Assembly: GCA_963662315.1 (NCBI GenBank)
Contig: OY759353.1
Coordinates: forward strand, 4,416,001 to 4,480,000
Length of the DNA stretch: 64,000 nt
Reading direction: 5' to 3'
From: Geopsychrobacteraceae bacterium
GTDB lineage: Bacteria > Desulfobacterota > Desulfuromonadia > Desulfuromonadales > Geopsychrobacteraceae
This document shows, in pieces, positions 52,706 through 63,999 of this stretch. Made by a program: the position numbers and the translations under genes. Within the stretch, counting starts at the first letter, position 1, and every line of letters begins with the position of its first letter. The notes beneath the pieces are model-generated. The model ran no database searches. It saw only the letters and a list, made by a program, of their open reading frames with translations, and was not told the origin of the DNA.

Positions 52706-54058
52706 GTGTCCGCTAAACCCAAAATCAAAGACCTGCTCGACGAGAGCGCCTGCGAACATAACAAAACTAAAAAGTCAGCCTGTAATGCTCCCAAGCCGGG
52801 AGCCACAACCGGTGGCTGTGCTCTTGATGGTGCCCAGATTGCACTGTTTCCCTTTGCCGATACGGCGCACTTGGTGCATGGCCCGATGACCTGTGTTGGG
52901 GGCAGCTGGGAGACGCGTCTGACGCCCACCACCTGGGCTGGGCGTGATCTGACCCAGACCGGTTTTGTGACCGATATCAACATTAATGATGTCGTGTTCA
53001 GCGGTGAACAGAAATTGTCCGCTGCCATCGATTACATCATTGATCATTACGCACCTGAGGCGGTTTTTGTCTATTCGACCTGTGTCACTGCGCTTATTGG
53101 TGATGATATTGACATGGTCTGCAAGCAGGCTTTTGAACGTCATGGTGTTCCTTGTGTTCCGGTTCATGCCCCAGGGTTTGTCGGCGCCAAGAATCTTGGC
53201 AGCCGGATTGCCGGGGAGGCTGTATTGCGCCACCTGATTGGAACGCTGGAGCCGGAAGAAACGACCCCTTTCGATATCAACCTAATCGGTGAGCATAATA
53301 ATACCGGTGAGTTATGGCAGTACAAGCATCTGCTTGAAGAACTTGGCATTCGGGTGTTGTCGACCTTTAGCGGTGATGGCCGTATTCGCAATATCAGGAC
53401 CGCTCACAGGGCCAAGCTGAATGTCATTGTCTGTGCCAAGGCTCTGGTTTCCATGGCCCGTAAAATGAAAGAGGATTATGGTATTCCGTGGATCTCCTGT
53501 TCCTTTTACGGCAAGACCGATACCTCCAAAGGCATTATGGCGATTGCCGAAGCTCTTGGGGATGCCGACCTTATCCAACGCGCCCGTGCATTGGTTGAGC
53601 GTGAAGAAGCGCTCCTGGAAGAAAACCTGATCCCTTATCGCGAAATTTTTGCTGGTAAAAAAGCCGTGCTGAATACAGGTGGGAACAAGTCCTGGTCGAT
53701 CGCCTCGGCACTGCAGGATCTGGGTATCGAAGTGGTTGCGACATCGGTACGGAAAGCGACAGAAGAAGATAAAGCCAAGGCCCGTGAATATCTTGGTGAA
53801 AATGCCATCCTTATGACAACACCGGCAACCCAGCAGGCCAAAATTATCGATGATACCGGTGCTCATTTACTGCTGGCTGGCGGGCGCTCCCTGTATACCG
53901 CGATCAAAAAACGGATCGCATTTACGGACGTTAACCAAGAGAAGAAGAAAAGTTACGGCGGCTATAACGGCTTGCTGACCCTGGCGGAAGACTTGAAAAA
54001 TTCGTTGCAGAACCCGGTATTCAAACTGGTTGAAAGGAAAGCACCATGGGAGAAATAG
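52706..54058 (+). CDS. nifE: FeMo-cofactor scaffold NifE
   Basis: GGCALDGAQ, HLVHGP, YSTCV, TGGNKSWS; GTG start with AAGGA RBS. Confidence 0.93.
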   Translation: MSAKPKIKDLLDESACEHNKTKKSACNAPKPGATTGGCALDGAQIALFPFADTAHLVHGPMTCVGGSWETRLTPTTWAGRDLTQTGFVTDININDVVFSGEQKLSAAIDYIIDHYAPEAVFVYSTCVTALIGDDIDMVCKQAFERHGVPCVPVHAPGFVGAKNLGSRIAGEAVLRHLIGTLEPEETTPFDINLIGEHNNTGELWQYKHLLEELGIRVLSTFSGDGRIRNIRTAHRAKLNVIVCAKALVSMARKMKEDYGIPWISCSFYGKTDTSKGIMAIAEALGDADLIQRARALVEREEALLEENLIPYREIFAGKKAVLNTGGNKSWSIASALQDLGIEVVATSVRKATEEDKAKAREYLGENAILMTTPATQQAKIIDDTGAHLLLAGGRSLYTAIKKRIAFTDVNQEKKKSYGGYNGLLTLAEDLKNSLQNPVFKLVERKAPWEK

Positions 54059-55368
54059 TTCGCAAAAGCAACAAGCCATTGCAGGTCAATCCGCATAAGC
54101 TGTCGCAGCCCATGGGATCGGCACTGGCCTTTTTAGGTGTCGATCGCTGCATGCCACTGATGCATGGTGGCCAAGGCTGTGCAAGTTTTACCAAGGTACT
54201 CTTTACCCGGCATTTCTGTGAACCTATTGCGTTGCAGACAACCGCCGTTACGGATGTTACCGCAGTGCTTGATGGAGGTGATTACAGTATTGTCGAGTCG
54301 ATTAAAAATATTCGTGAGAAAGTCACCCCTGAGCTCATCGGCTTACATACAACCGGACTACCGGAAACCAAAGGGGACGATATTCGCGGTGTGGCCAGCA
54401 AGATCGATGTCCCTCTGGTCTACGTGAATACCCCTGACTATGAAGGGAGCTTCGAAAGCGGTTGGACCCTGACGGTGAAAGCCATGATCAATCAGTTGAC
54501 CGTGGAGCGCTCTGAGATTGATGGGCAGAAGGTGGTGTTTGTCCCCCATGTCAGTATGGGGCCTGTTGAGGTGGAAAAGATCAAGGAGATGATCGCAGTT
54601 TTTGGTTTTAACGTCATCGCTATTCCTGATTTATCTCTGTCTCTTGATGGTCATCTGGGTGAGAAACAGGCCTCCCTCAGTAGTGGTGGTGTGACACTCG
54701 AAGAGATTAAGAATTTGGCAGATGCTGCTTTTATCGTCACTGTGGGCGCATCGGTAAAAAGTGTCGGCAGTTCATTGCAACAGAAAAACGCTGCAGTGCA
54801 GCATCAGCATTTTGATCACGTCAGTGGCTTGGTTGGATCAGATGAATTGATCGCCTGGTTACTGGGCATCAGTCATAAAAATGAACCGCCAACAGTTGTG
54901 GTTCGCTGGCGGAAACGTCTGCAGGATGCCTTGCTTGACAGCCATTTTTCCCTGGGACAGACGCGGTTTCTGCTGGTTGCCGAGCCTGACCACCTGGTTG
55001 CTATGGCTGCATCACTCACGGAAGCCGGCGGAACGATAGCTTTGGCTGTCTCTACCGTGGATGCTCCGGTATTGGCAGCTATCAAAGCAGATAAAATCTT
55101 TGTCGGCGACCTGGAAGACGCTGAAAAAATGCACGCGGCTTACGATGTGATCATCGGTAATTATCACACTATGGCTCTGGCCCACCGGTTTGGCAAAAAA
55201 GCAGTGATGCGCGGATTTCCAAATTATGAAGAAGTCGGGAATGCGTTGAAATATGATGTGCTTTACGAAGGCGGAGCATATTTTCTGTTTGAAATCGCAA
55301 ATGCGGCTGATGCTCTGAGGGAAGAGCAGAAACACCATCATCAACGTAAATTGAAAAGGACGGCATAG
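54046..55368 (+). CDS. nifN: FeMo-cofactor scaffold NifN
   Basis: NPHKLSQPMG, HGGQGCASF, RHFCEPI. Confidence 0.93.
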   Translation: MGEIVRKSNKPLQVNPHKLSQPMGSALAFLGVDRCMPLMHGGQGCASFTKVLFTRHFCEPIALQTTAVTDVTAVLDGGDYSIVESIKNIREKVTPELIGLHTTGLPETKGDDIRGVASKIDVPLVYVNTPDYEGSFESGWTLTVKAMINQLTVERSEIDGQKVVFVPHVSMGPVEVEKIKEMIAVFGFNVIAIPDLSLSLDGHLGEKQASLSSGGVTLEEIKNLADAAFIVTVGASVKSVGSSLQQKNAAVQHQHFDHVSGLVGSDELIAWLLGISHKNEPPTVVVRWRKRLQDALLDSHFSLGQTRFLLVAEPDHLVAMAASLTEAGGTIALAVSTVDAPVLAAIKADKIFVGDLEDAEKMHAAYDVIIGNYHTMALAHRFGKKAVMRGFPNYEEVGNALKYDVLYEGGAYFLFEIANAADALREEQKHHHQRKLKRTA

Positions 55369-55516
55369 CTAAAATTTATCCGGAAACGGCTCTTTTGCAC
55401 CATCTCTGCATCAAGCAGCACCTTTGCTTGTGTGTGGCAAAGGCCGCTTTTCGCGATCATTCAAGACATCGCTCGTTACGAATCTGAAAATTGGTTATGC
55501 CAGATGAGGATTGCTC

Positions 55517-56563
55517 ATGGAGAACCTGTATAGCGAAAATATTATAAAGTACGTCAATGATGCCAGTAGGGTCGGTTTTATTGACAAGGCGGATGGGATA
55601 GGGGAGACGGGGCTTGAAGGCGCACAGGTCGGCAATCGCTTAGCGGTACGGTTCACCTTGTCGGTTTATCAGGATCGTATTCAGAAACTCCGGTTTCAGG
55701 TTTTTGGCTGCGGGTTTACCATCGCAGCGTGTGCTGCCGCTGCTGAATACTGCGAGGGGAGGACTCTTGGCGAAGTTGCCAGAATATCAAGTGACTCCAT
55801 TCATAAGCATATGGATTTCGCCTTGCCGCCGGAACGATCGTATTGTGCTGATCTTGCCAGTGAAGCTCTGCGGGCCGCGGTAAAGAGTGCCATGAGTTCG
55901 GCTGCTGTCGTGTCCACAACGATTGTCAGCGAACCTGCAGACGCTCATGCGCGGGTCAGTGAAAATGATCCTCTCTACAAAGCTTTGCTGGCAGGATCTG
56001 TTCCGGCGATGTCTCAAGCGGAAATAGATGACCGGCAGATGTTTGCCTGTCTGTTGACCGTTGCGAGTCAGGATGCCTGGCCGGTTCATAAAGCGCTCGG
56101 ACTTGATGACAAGGTGGTTCAGCGGATACTGACGACCTTCTTCCCCGGTTTTGATAAGGCTTTGCTGGATTTTGGCGCAGATCAGAAATTTAGCCCTTTG
56201 CCAGCTATGAACGATGATGTTTTGACCCTGCTGTTATCCTATATCTCACCACAGGCCAGTGTCTATGAGCGCCAGGCGGGTAAATTGCTGGCCCACATTA
56301 TTGCTGCTCGCGCTGCTTTCCCTGGTCATTTGTGGGTTGCCATGGGTTTTTTTCAACGCCCTCAACTGTCCTCCGCCATCAGACGCCACTTGCCGTTGCT
56401 TGCAGCTGCTAATGATAAAAATATGCGCTGGAAACGTTTCTTATTTAAACAAGTGTGTGATCTAAATGGGGGAACCTTGTGCAAGACGCCAAATTGCGCT
56501 GACTGCAGTGATTATGCTTTGTGTTTTGTTGATGAAAGCGAAGACGCTGTTGTTTACCAGTAA
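55517..56563 (+). CDS. nifQ: NifQ with an N-terminal NifU/IscU-like domain
   Basis: N-terminal YSE...FQVFGCG...CADLA; C-terminal HLW, NMRWKRF, CDLNGGTLCKTPNCADCSDYALCF. Confidence 0.8.
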   Translation: MENLYSENIIKYVNDASRVGFIDKADGIGETGLEGAQVGNRLAVRFTLSVYQDRIQKLRFQVFGCGFTIAACAAAAEYCEGRTLGEVARISSDSIHKHMDFALPPERSYCADLASEALRAAVKSAMSSAAVVSTTIVSEPADAHARVSENDPLYKALLAGSVPAMSQAEIDDRQMFACLLTVASQDAWPVHKALGLDDKVVQRILTTFFPGFDKALLDFGADQKFSPLPAMNDDVLTLLLSYISPQASVYERQAGKLLAHIIAARAAFPGHLWVAMGFFQRPQLSSAIRRHLPLLAAANDKNMRWKRFLFKQVCDLNGGTLCKTPNCADCSDYALCFVDESEDAVVYQ

Positions 56564-56640
56564 GTCAAACCGGAGCCTGGGGTGATCAATATAATATTTT
56601 GGAGCAGCTGTCGAGCTGCTCTTATTAAGAAGGAGATACG

Positions 56641-57033
56641 ATGAGCCAGCTTGACGATGCTCTTAAAGCCTATATTGAAGATGAAAACCAACAAGAAACT
56701 TATTACCAGTTATTTTTGACCACCGACTTTTATGTCCCCCTTGCACATCAGGGATCGCCGGAAGAAATTGATCAGCACGGTGGGGTCACACCAATGATCC
56801 TCGAATCTGCAGAGAAGCCTTATATGATGCTTTTTGATGGCGCTGAACGGTTAGCAGCATGGGCTAGAAAGGATGTTCCATACGCAATATTCTCAGGGGC
56901 TGCGATTGCTCAGTTCTCTCCGGCAGGTCTTTATTGGGCGGTCAATATGGGGGATAAATACGCCAAAGAAATGGTTCCTGATGAAATTACTTTTTTAAAG
57001 CAGCTCGCTATCGCCGGATCGACAGTGCAATAA
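56641..57033 (+). CDS. SseB-like N-terminal domain protein
   Basis: AAGGAG RBS; FYVPL, LFD...L..W, AVN motifs. Confidence 0.55.
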   Translation: MSQLDDALKAYIEDENQQETYYQLFLTTDFYVPLAHQGSPEEIDQHGGVTPMILESAEKPYMMLFDGAERLAAWARKDVPYAIFSGAAIAQFSPAGLYWAVNMGDKYAKEMVPDEITFLKQLAIAGSTVQ

Positions 57034-57069
57034 CAGGTGGTTTCCATATCGTTGAGACCTTGGACAATG

Positions 57070-57102
57070 AAAAAGGGGAGCGCGTTACACGTTCCCCTTT
57101 TT
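57070..57102. terminator. Bidirectional terminator between convergent genes
   Basis: AAAAAGGGGA...TCCCCTTTTT. Confidence 0.7.
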
Positions 57103-57103
57103 G

Positions 57104-57442
57104 CTACTTGAACCATTCTTTGTATTCGTCTTCATGGAACCCTATCATGAAGCGATCACCGTCTTTAAACGTTGGAGCCCGCAGGTTACCGCTTGGCCCC
57201 ATAGCGTTTTTAAGGACATCCTCTTTATTTAATTGACCTTTTCCAAAGGTAACGACTTTCTGCCCTTTGGCAACGACGATGCTTTCTGCGTTCTTAAGTA
57301 AATCCCAGGCTTCAGTGGCGTCTAGGCGGGTCTTGCGTGCATCAACAACAGTCTCCAGAGATGTTCCGTTTTGCTCAAGAAACTCTTGAGCTTTGGTGCA
57401 GCTGGTTCAGCCCTTGCGTAAATAAGCCCACATATCAATCAT
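57104..57442 (-). CDS. ArsC/Spx-like selenoprotein (112 aa, UxxC)
   Basis: MIDMWAYLRKG-U(TGA 57407-57409)-TSCTKAQEFL...GPSGNLRAPT...IGF...WFK*; AAGGAG RBS; downstream hairpin at 57373-57391. Confidence 0.85.
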
Positions 57443-57581
57443 CTCCTTTAGTTATGTGTTGTGTTATTGGTAATGGCGATACTGTAGCAGTTAGTTAGCG
57501 GAAATATCAACAGCGGTAGCTAAAGAAAAAGCGGTAACTGTATGAAACAGTTACCGCTTGAAATTGTCTATTGTGAGCGGA

Positions 57582-58466
57582 TCAGCTTGCCATCTGCTTA
57601 CGTTCAAGTTGCTCAAGATCAATATCCTGACCAATCAGCCCGGCAGCATCCGCACGGCACTGTTTGCAGTGGCGTGCCTGGGAAAGGATCAGTTCAGCCT
57701 GATTGCGGACCATTTCCATGGTCAGGTCGGAAGGCCTTTCGATTCCTTCGAACTTTCCAACCGGTATGATCGGCATGATGTTCATCATGTCTGCACCCAG
57801 TTCTCTGACTTTGATAGCCAGGTCGAGGGTTTCGTGGTCGTTTACCCCGGGAATATAGACATGGTTTACTTTAACCATTAAACCGGCTTTTGCAGCAAGA
57901 CGGACACCTTCTAGTTGCTTTTCCAGCAGAAAGGCAGCGCCTTCTACTCCGGCAAGTTTCATCCGGTCATAACGAATCCATTCATAAACTTTGGCGCCCG
58001 TTTCTGCCGTCAGCGCATTGATGGTCACGGTCAGGCTGTGGATACCGAGTTTGACAATCTTGTCGATGTTCTCAGGCAATCTCAGGCCGTTGGTTGACAG
58101 GCACAGGGTCATGTCGGGAAATGTTTCGCGAATCAGGTCAAAGGTTTCGAAGGTTTTAGGGTTTGCCAGCGGGTCTCCGGGACCAGCAATGCCAACCACT
58201 TTAAGCTGTGGACCACCTTCCTGCTTGGCCATGTGACGTTGTACCAGTCGGACGCGTTCGACGGCTTGCTCCGGAGTCAGAACCTTACTGGTTATCCCTG
58301 GGCGACTTTCGTTGACACAATCGAATTTGCGTTCACAGAAGCCACATTTGATATTGCAGCCAGGGGCAACGGGTAAGTGAATGCGCCCGGCCTTATTGTG
58401 ATCGCCACCAAAACAGGGGTGGTCGGTCTGTCTTTTCATCTTCATCATCGGACATGTGCTTGCCAT
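57582..58466 (-). CDS. nifB: NifB-like radical SAM protein (SAM domain only)
   Basis: HPCF, RIHLPVAPGCNIKCGFC, NESRPG, AGPGDPL, CKQCRADA. Confidence 0.85.
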   Translation of the reverse strand: MASTCPMMKMKRQTDHPCFGGDHNKAGRIHLPVAPGCNIKCGFCERKFDCVNESRPGITSKVLTPEQAVERVRLVQRHMAKQEGGPQLKVVGIAGPGDPLANPKTFETFDLIRETFPDMTLCLSTNGLRLPENIDKIVKLGIHSLTVTINALTAETGAKVYEWIRYDRMKLAGVEGAAFLLEKQLEGVRLAAKAGLMVKVNHVYIPGVNDHETLDLAIKVRELGADMMNIMPIIPVGKFEGIERPSDLTMEMVRNQAELILSQARHCKQCRADAAGLIGQDIDLEQLERKQMAS

Positions 58467-58520
58467 AACAGATTCTCCTGTCAAAACATGTTGTTGTGGA
58501 TTCAAGCACCGTTGCTGACG

Positions 58521-58594
58521 AAAAAAGCCCTTGAGCTTTCAAGTGAATAAACTCAAGGGCTTCATTACCTTTATCACCGACACGTCCTTATGTC
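58521..58594 (-). promoter_or_regulatory. ANTAR-type dual-hexaloop leader overlapping an intrinsic terminator
   Basis: Minus strand: GACAT-AAGGAC-GTGTC, then GGT-AATGAA-GCC overlapping the terminator AAGCCCTTGAG...CTCAAGGGCTTTTTT. Confidence 0.72.
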
Positions 58595-58616
58595 TGTTTC
58601 TTGCTGACTCTTATAA

Positions 58617-58632
58617 TGCATTCGCTGTGCCA
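58617..58632 (-). promoter_or_regulatory. sigma54 promoter of nifB
   Basis: TGGCACAGCGAATGCA on the minus strand. Confidence 0.78.
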
Positions 58633-58644
58633 AGGTTTCAGGTT

Positions 58645-58688
58645 AAAAAAACTGGGTAACACGTGCACCTCAGGACCACGTGTTACCC
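58645..58688 (-). terminator. Terminator at the end of the nifHDK-X-ferredoxin run
   Basis: GGGTAACACGTG/CACGTGTTACCC stem followed by a T-run on the minus strand. Confidence 0.65.
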
Positions 58689-58768
58689 CTGCCAGTGGCA
58701 ATTGCAGCTTAAAAAATGAACTTACGGATTTTAAACGTGTAAACTTTAAGCAGATCACAACATTGTGA

Positions 58769-59128
58769 CTATTTCGGCAGTCGCGCCAGAATCCCCGAAG
58801 CGACGATATCTGAAGCCATCTTCAGAGCATCGCTTATGGTGATCTGAGTCGTGACCGGGACAATACCAGCTTTGATCAGTTCTTTTTTGGGTAATTCACC
58901 GATTGCAGCTGTAACGACAGCACTGCAGCCTTCCAGAGCGCTTAATATCCCGCCGAACTGTTTATGGCGAAACGGATTGTCTGGATCAAAGGCACAATAT
59001 TTATCAACTTCGACGCTACAGAGCAGTTCGCTATTGTCGCCCTGATAATCGTAAATCAGAAAAGCCTCGGCATGGCCAAAATGCTGATCAATAGTGATGC
59101 CTGATTTTGAGGCCACGGCAATTCGCAT
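58769..59128 (-). CDS. NifB/NifX-family FeMo-cofactor-binding protein
   Basis: IAVASKSG..IDQHFGHA, VDKYC; resembles the NifB C-terminal domain. Confidence 0.82.
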   Translation of the reverse strand: MRIAVASKSGITIDQHFGHAEAFLIYDYQGDNSELLCSVEVDKYCAFDPDNPFRHKQFGGILSALEGCSAVVTAAIGELPKKELIKAGIVPVTTQITISDALKMASDIVASGILARLPK

Positions 59129-59152
59129 GACGTTATTCCTTTTAATCTGTAC

Positions 59153-59422
59153 CTAAGCTTCAACAGTGGTGAAGCTGAAGCATTTTTTCGGGCAAGCAAC
59201 GCCACAAGCGGCGCAACCGACGCAGTTGTCTTTATTTGAGATGGTCATGATCATACGGACGGTATCGGTATCGTCATCAATATCTTCGAAAGGTTCAAGG
59301 ACCTTGTGCGCGCACGATTTGTAGCAGCGTGCACAACCAATACATTTTTCCGGGTCAATTGCATCAGCAAAAGTCTGAGTCCAGCTGTCGCCTCCGCGTC
59401 TTTTTGCGGTCATTAAAGCCAT
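59153..59422 (-). CDS. nif-associated 2[4Fe-4S] ferredoxin (ferredoxin III-like)
   Basis: CIGCARCYKSC, CVGCAACGVACP. Confidence 0.88.
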   Translation of the reverse strand: MALMTAKRRGGDSWTQTFADAIDPEKCIGCARCYKSCAHKVLEPFEDIDDDTDTVRMIMTISNKDNCVGCAACGVACPKKCFSFTTVEA

Positions 59423-59466
59423 TGTTTTCGTCTCCTTAAATCAAATAGAAATGTTTTCAAAATGCA

Positions 59467-59849
59467 TCAGCCAGGCTGATTAGTGGCCGCATCTTTCATC
59501 ATGGCTTTGCGCAGCCATGGTGGTGGAGTTCCTTGTAGAACCTGCTGTAATTTTTCCACCGTATCTGCAATAGGTGCTCGATCTTTACTCTTGAGAGGAT
59601 GAATCTTTTGGCAACGAGGCGTGCCGCCGCTGGGCCACCAATTTCAGCAACATAAACCAGAGCACAATCATTTAGACCGCTGCAGCGTGCTTCGATGCGA
59701 TCGGCTTCGTCATCTCCTTCTGATTTTACCTGGATGATTCCGCTAAATTCGGCGCTGTCACTGGAGATATCCCAGATATAAAATTCTTCAGCACGACCGA
59801 AGTGCTGATCGATGTGGATTTTATCTGTACTTGCAAATGCTACTTTCAT
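59467..59849 (-). pseudogene. nifX: NifX with a 1-nt frameshift in an A-run (~59606-59609); may be a sequencing error
   Basis: MKVAFAS...HFGRA...IGGPAAARLVAK, then the next frame reads IHPLK...PPPWLRKAM; span is 383 nt. Confidence 0.85.
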
Positions 59850-59981
59850 GGATTCACCTCGCCCATGCTTTTGCTCTACGAGCTGTAATTTTCTGGTCCG
59901 AGTCATAATTTTACCGTCCCGTTTTGCTCGTTTAGCACCGAACCTGTCTGCAACCACGAGGTGTGCAGACAGGTCAGTCGA

Positions 59982-61445
59982 CTAACGCATCATCTCGAAC
60001 CACTGATCTTCACAAGTTTCATCTTTGATTTCCATGAACTTGTTACAGATAGTAGTCAGGAAATTGATAGTTCCCTGATAACCGATAACCGGAGTCCGGT
60101 GCAGGTTAACACGGTCGATAATCGGGAAGCCGATCCGGAAGTGAGGGATCTTGGCGTCACGAGCAACCCATTTACAGTGAGTATCACCGATGATTGCATC
60201 AACTGGATCAGTCATACACAGGCTGCGCATATGCCAGAGGTCTTTGTTAATGTAAACAGTTGCTTGAGCACCGTAAGGAGAGGTCGCCAACAGAGCTTCC
60301 ATTTCCTTCTTGAATTTCTTGTTGGAACGTGAGCAGAGAACGTGGTAGGGAACAGCGCCCATTTCCAGCAGGAAGGAAACTATGCCCAGCAGGTAGTCAG
60401 GGTCGCCAGCGATGGCGAATTTCTTACCGTGAATGTACTGATGTGAGTCGGTCATGGCATCAACTGCACGACCACGCTCGGACTTCAGAGAAGCCGGGAT
60501 CTCTTTACCGAACAGTTCAGCCAGTTTCATCAGGAACTCATCAGTTTTCTTGATCCCCATGGGCAGTGGCATAATCAGGTTTTCACCGGCAAATTCAGAA
60601 GTGATGTACTTCATGGACTCTTTGGTACACCAATTCATCAGCGAAATAGTCGCTTTGCCATTGATGGAATCTGCGGCCTCTGCAAGAGGGGTTCCTCCTT
60701 GATACATGCTGTAGTGACCATCACAGACAGAATCAAATACGTCAGAAACATCCGGAAGCATGGTGTAGGGGATATCCATGGCTTCAAGATATTTCTTATA
60801 CTCGCGCAGATTTCCGGTGTTGCCATCGAACCCTGGGATGAGGTTCAGTTTTCCGGTACATTTGCCTTCGACTTTTTTCCCTTCGGTAAGGTACTTCAGC
60901 ACGGACGCCAGCATGTTGTCGTAACCATTGATATGCGTTCCGTTAAAGCTGGGAGTGTTGGCATAAGGGGTCGGCAAATCTTCGGGGATGAGACCGTCAT
61001 TCTTGGCATTTCTGATAAATGAGTTCAGGTCGTCACCGATAACTTCAGGCATACACGTGGTGTAGATCGGCATAATAGCCGGTTTGTACAGAGTGTATGC
61101 ATTTTGTAGTGCTTCATGAAGGTTGTTCTGACCACCGAAAACCGCACCGTCCTCAGTCATGGCACTGCAGGTCGCTGCTGAAGGCTCACGGAAGTGACGG
61201 CTGAACGTACTCCGGAAGTAAGAAGCACACCCTTGAGAACCGTGAACGAAAGGCAGGGACCCTTCAAAACCGTGGGCAACCATCTGGGCACCCAGAGGTT
61301 GACAGGCGTGAGCCGGATTGATAACCAGAGCCTCACGGGAGAAGTTCAGTTCTTTGTACTCTTCAGTATTGATCCAGTTTTTAACCCGCTCAATCTCTTC
61401 CGGAGAGTGCTCGGTCATTTCTTTTGCTACAATTTGTTCGCTCAT
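59982..61445 (-). CDS. nifK: Nitrogenase MoFe protein beta chain
   Basis: INPAHACQPLGA, HGSQGC, TTCMPEVIGDD. Confidence 0.97.
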   Translation of the reverse strand: MSEQIVAKEMTEHSPEEIERVKNWINTEEYKELNFSREALVINPAHACQPLGAQMVAHGFEGSLPFVHGSQGCASYFRSTFSRHFREPSAATCSAMTEDGAVFGGQNNLHEALQNAYTLYKPAIMPIYTTCMPEVIGDDLNSFIRNAKNDGLIPEDLPTPYANTPSFNGTHINGYDNMLASVLKYLTEGKKVEGKCTGKLNLIPGFDGNTGNLREYKKYLEAMDIPYTMLPDVSDVFDSVCDGHYSMYQGGTPLAEAADSINGKATISLMNWCTKESMKYITSEFAGENLIMPLPMGIKKTDEFLMKLAELFGKEIPASLKSERGRAVDAMTDSHQYIHGKKFAIAGDPDYLLGIVSFLLEMGAVPYHVLCSRSNKKFKKEMEALLATSPYGAQATVYINKDLWHMRSLCMTDPVDAIIGDTHCKWVARDAKIPHFRIGFPIIDRVNLHRTPVIGYQGTINFLTTICNKFMEIKDETCEDQWFEMMR

Positions 61446-61568
61446 GGCGATAACTCCTCTATTTTTCACCATTTAAAGATATCCGGTGGCTGCATACAAT
61501 CCACCTGTCCACCGACCCTGGTGGGTCGGTGGTGATTGGATATCGATGGTTTCATTGGAAATCAATTG

Positions 61569-63011
61569 TTAAAAGGGACTCTTGACTAAGCTCCACGTAG
61601 GCGAATTGATCGCCATGTCGATGTCACGGGCAAAGATTTTGAAACCTTCGTAACCGTGATAAGGACCGGAATAATCCCAGCTGTGCATTTGACGGAAGGG
61701 GATACCTGCTTTTTGGAAGACGTACTTCTCTTTGATCCCGGAACCGACAAGGTCAGGTTTGAATTCTTCAACGAATTTATCCAATTCAAATTCAGAGACG
61801 TCATCATATATCAGTGCTCCTTTAGCCAACTCCGGTGCGGTACGATCATAGTCGTCCTGGTGGGCGAATTCGTAACCGGTACCGGTAATCTGGATACCAA
61901 GATCTTCGTAGGCACCGACGGTGTGGCGGGGACGCAGACCACCGACGAACAGCATTGCCGTTTTGCCATCAAGACGTGGCTTGTACTCAGCGACAACCGC
62001 TTCCATTTCGGCAGTATGCTTGGCAATAACCGCTTCAGCTTTTTCCTTGATGGAATCGTCGAAACGATCGGCAATAGCGCGGATACTTTCAGCGATTTTG
62101 GTCGGGCCAAAGAAGTTATACTCGATCCATGGAATACCGTATTTTTCTTCCATGACCTTACACATGTAGTTCATGGAGCGGTAGCAGTGGATAACGTTCA
62201 GCTTGACCTGGTAGGTGGCAGAGATTTTTTCGATCTCGCCGTCACCGGTCCAGATTGCTTTAACATTAAGACCCATTTCTTCAAGGATCGGCTTAGCTGC
62301 CCAGACGTCACCACCGATGTTGTAGTCACCGATCAGGGCAATATCGTAAGGACCCGGCTCATCTTTAAACTTGTACTTGCCGAACAGAAAGTCGCGGATC
62401 GAGTCGTTGGAGATGTGGTGACCCAGCGATTGGGAAACCCCTCGGAAACCCTCACAGTTACAAGGGATAACGACTTTACCCAGCTCTTTTTCCATCTTCT
62501 TGGTGACGGCGTTGATGTCGTCACCGATCAGTCCAACCGGGCATTCCGACAGAACGGACAACCCTTTACACAGGGGGAACAGTTCGTTGGCTTCTTTTAA
62601 CAACTTCTCGAGCTTTTTATCTCCACCATAAACGATGTCACGCTCTTGAAAATCAGAAGTGAAGTCCATCGGAAAGGAGGTAACACCGGGAATCCCCTGC
62701 ATCAGGTTACGACGGGTACCCCAACTGTAAACACCACAACCGATCGGGCCGTGAGATACGTGAACTACGTCACGAATCGGGCCCCAAACAACTCCTTTAG
62801 CACCGGCGTAGGCACAACCACGTTGACTCATAACACCAGGAACAACCTTACGGTTGGATTTAACGGCACAGACGGAATCACTTGGCTCGTTGGCACCCAG
62901 GTGAGGGGCGCGCTTTTTTGCAGCCTTTTCAGGCATGAACGCGAGGGTTTCTTCGATCAGCTTCTCGGTTCTTTCTTTACTAATGCCCTCAATGGGCTTT
63001 CTCTCAGCCAT
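61569..63011 (-). CDS. nifD: Nitrogenase MoFe protein alpha chain
   Basis: [28 protein letters not shown]. Confidence 0.97.
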   Translation of the reverse strand: MAERKPIEGISKERTEKLIEETLAFMPEKAAKKRAPHLGANEPSDSVCAVKSNRKVVPGVMSQRGCAYAGAKGVVWGPIRDVVHVSHGPIGCGVYSWGTRRNLMQGIPGVTSFPMDFTSDFQERDIVYGGDKKLEKLLKEANELFPLCKGLSVLSECPVGLIGDDINAVTKKMEKELGKVVIPCNCEGFRGVSQSLGHHISNDSIRDFLFGKYKFKDEPGPYDIALIGDYNIGGDVWAAKPILEEMGLNVKAIWTGDGEIEKISATYQVKLNVIHCYRSMNYMCKVMEEKYGIPWIEYNFFGPTKIAESIRAIADRFDDSIKEKAEAVIAKHTAEMEAVVAEYKPRLDGKTAMLFVGGLRPRHTVGAYEDLGIQITGTGYEFAHQDDYDRTAPELAKGALIYDDVSEFELDKFVEEFKPDLVGSGIKEKYVFQKAGIPFRQMHSWDYSGPYHGYEGFKIFARDIDMAINSPTWSLVKSPF

Positions 63012-63117
63012 TTGTTGCTCCTTCAAACGGTTTATGGGAAGTCAGGCAAGTGCATAATAGTGATCAGCCGCGACTTACCTGACTTCTGATCAGTCACTTA
63101 AGAGTTCGAAAATCAGA

Positions 63118-63999
<882 letters not shown>

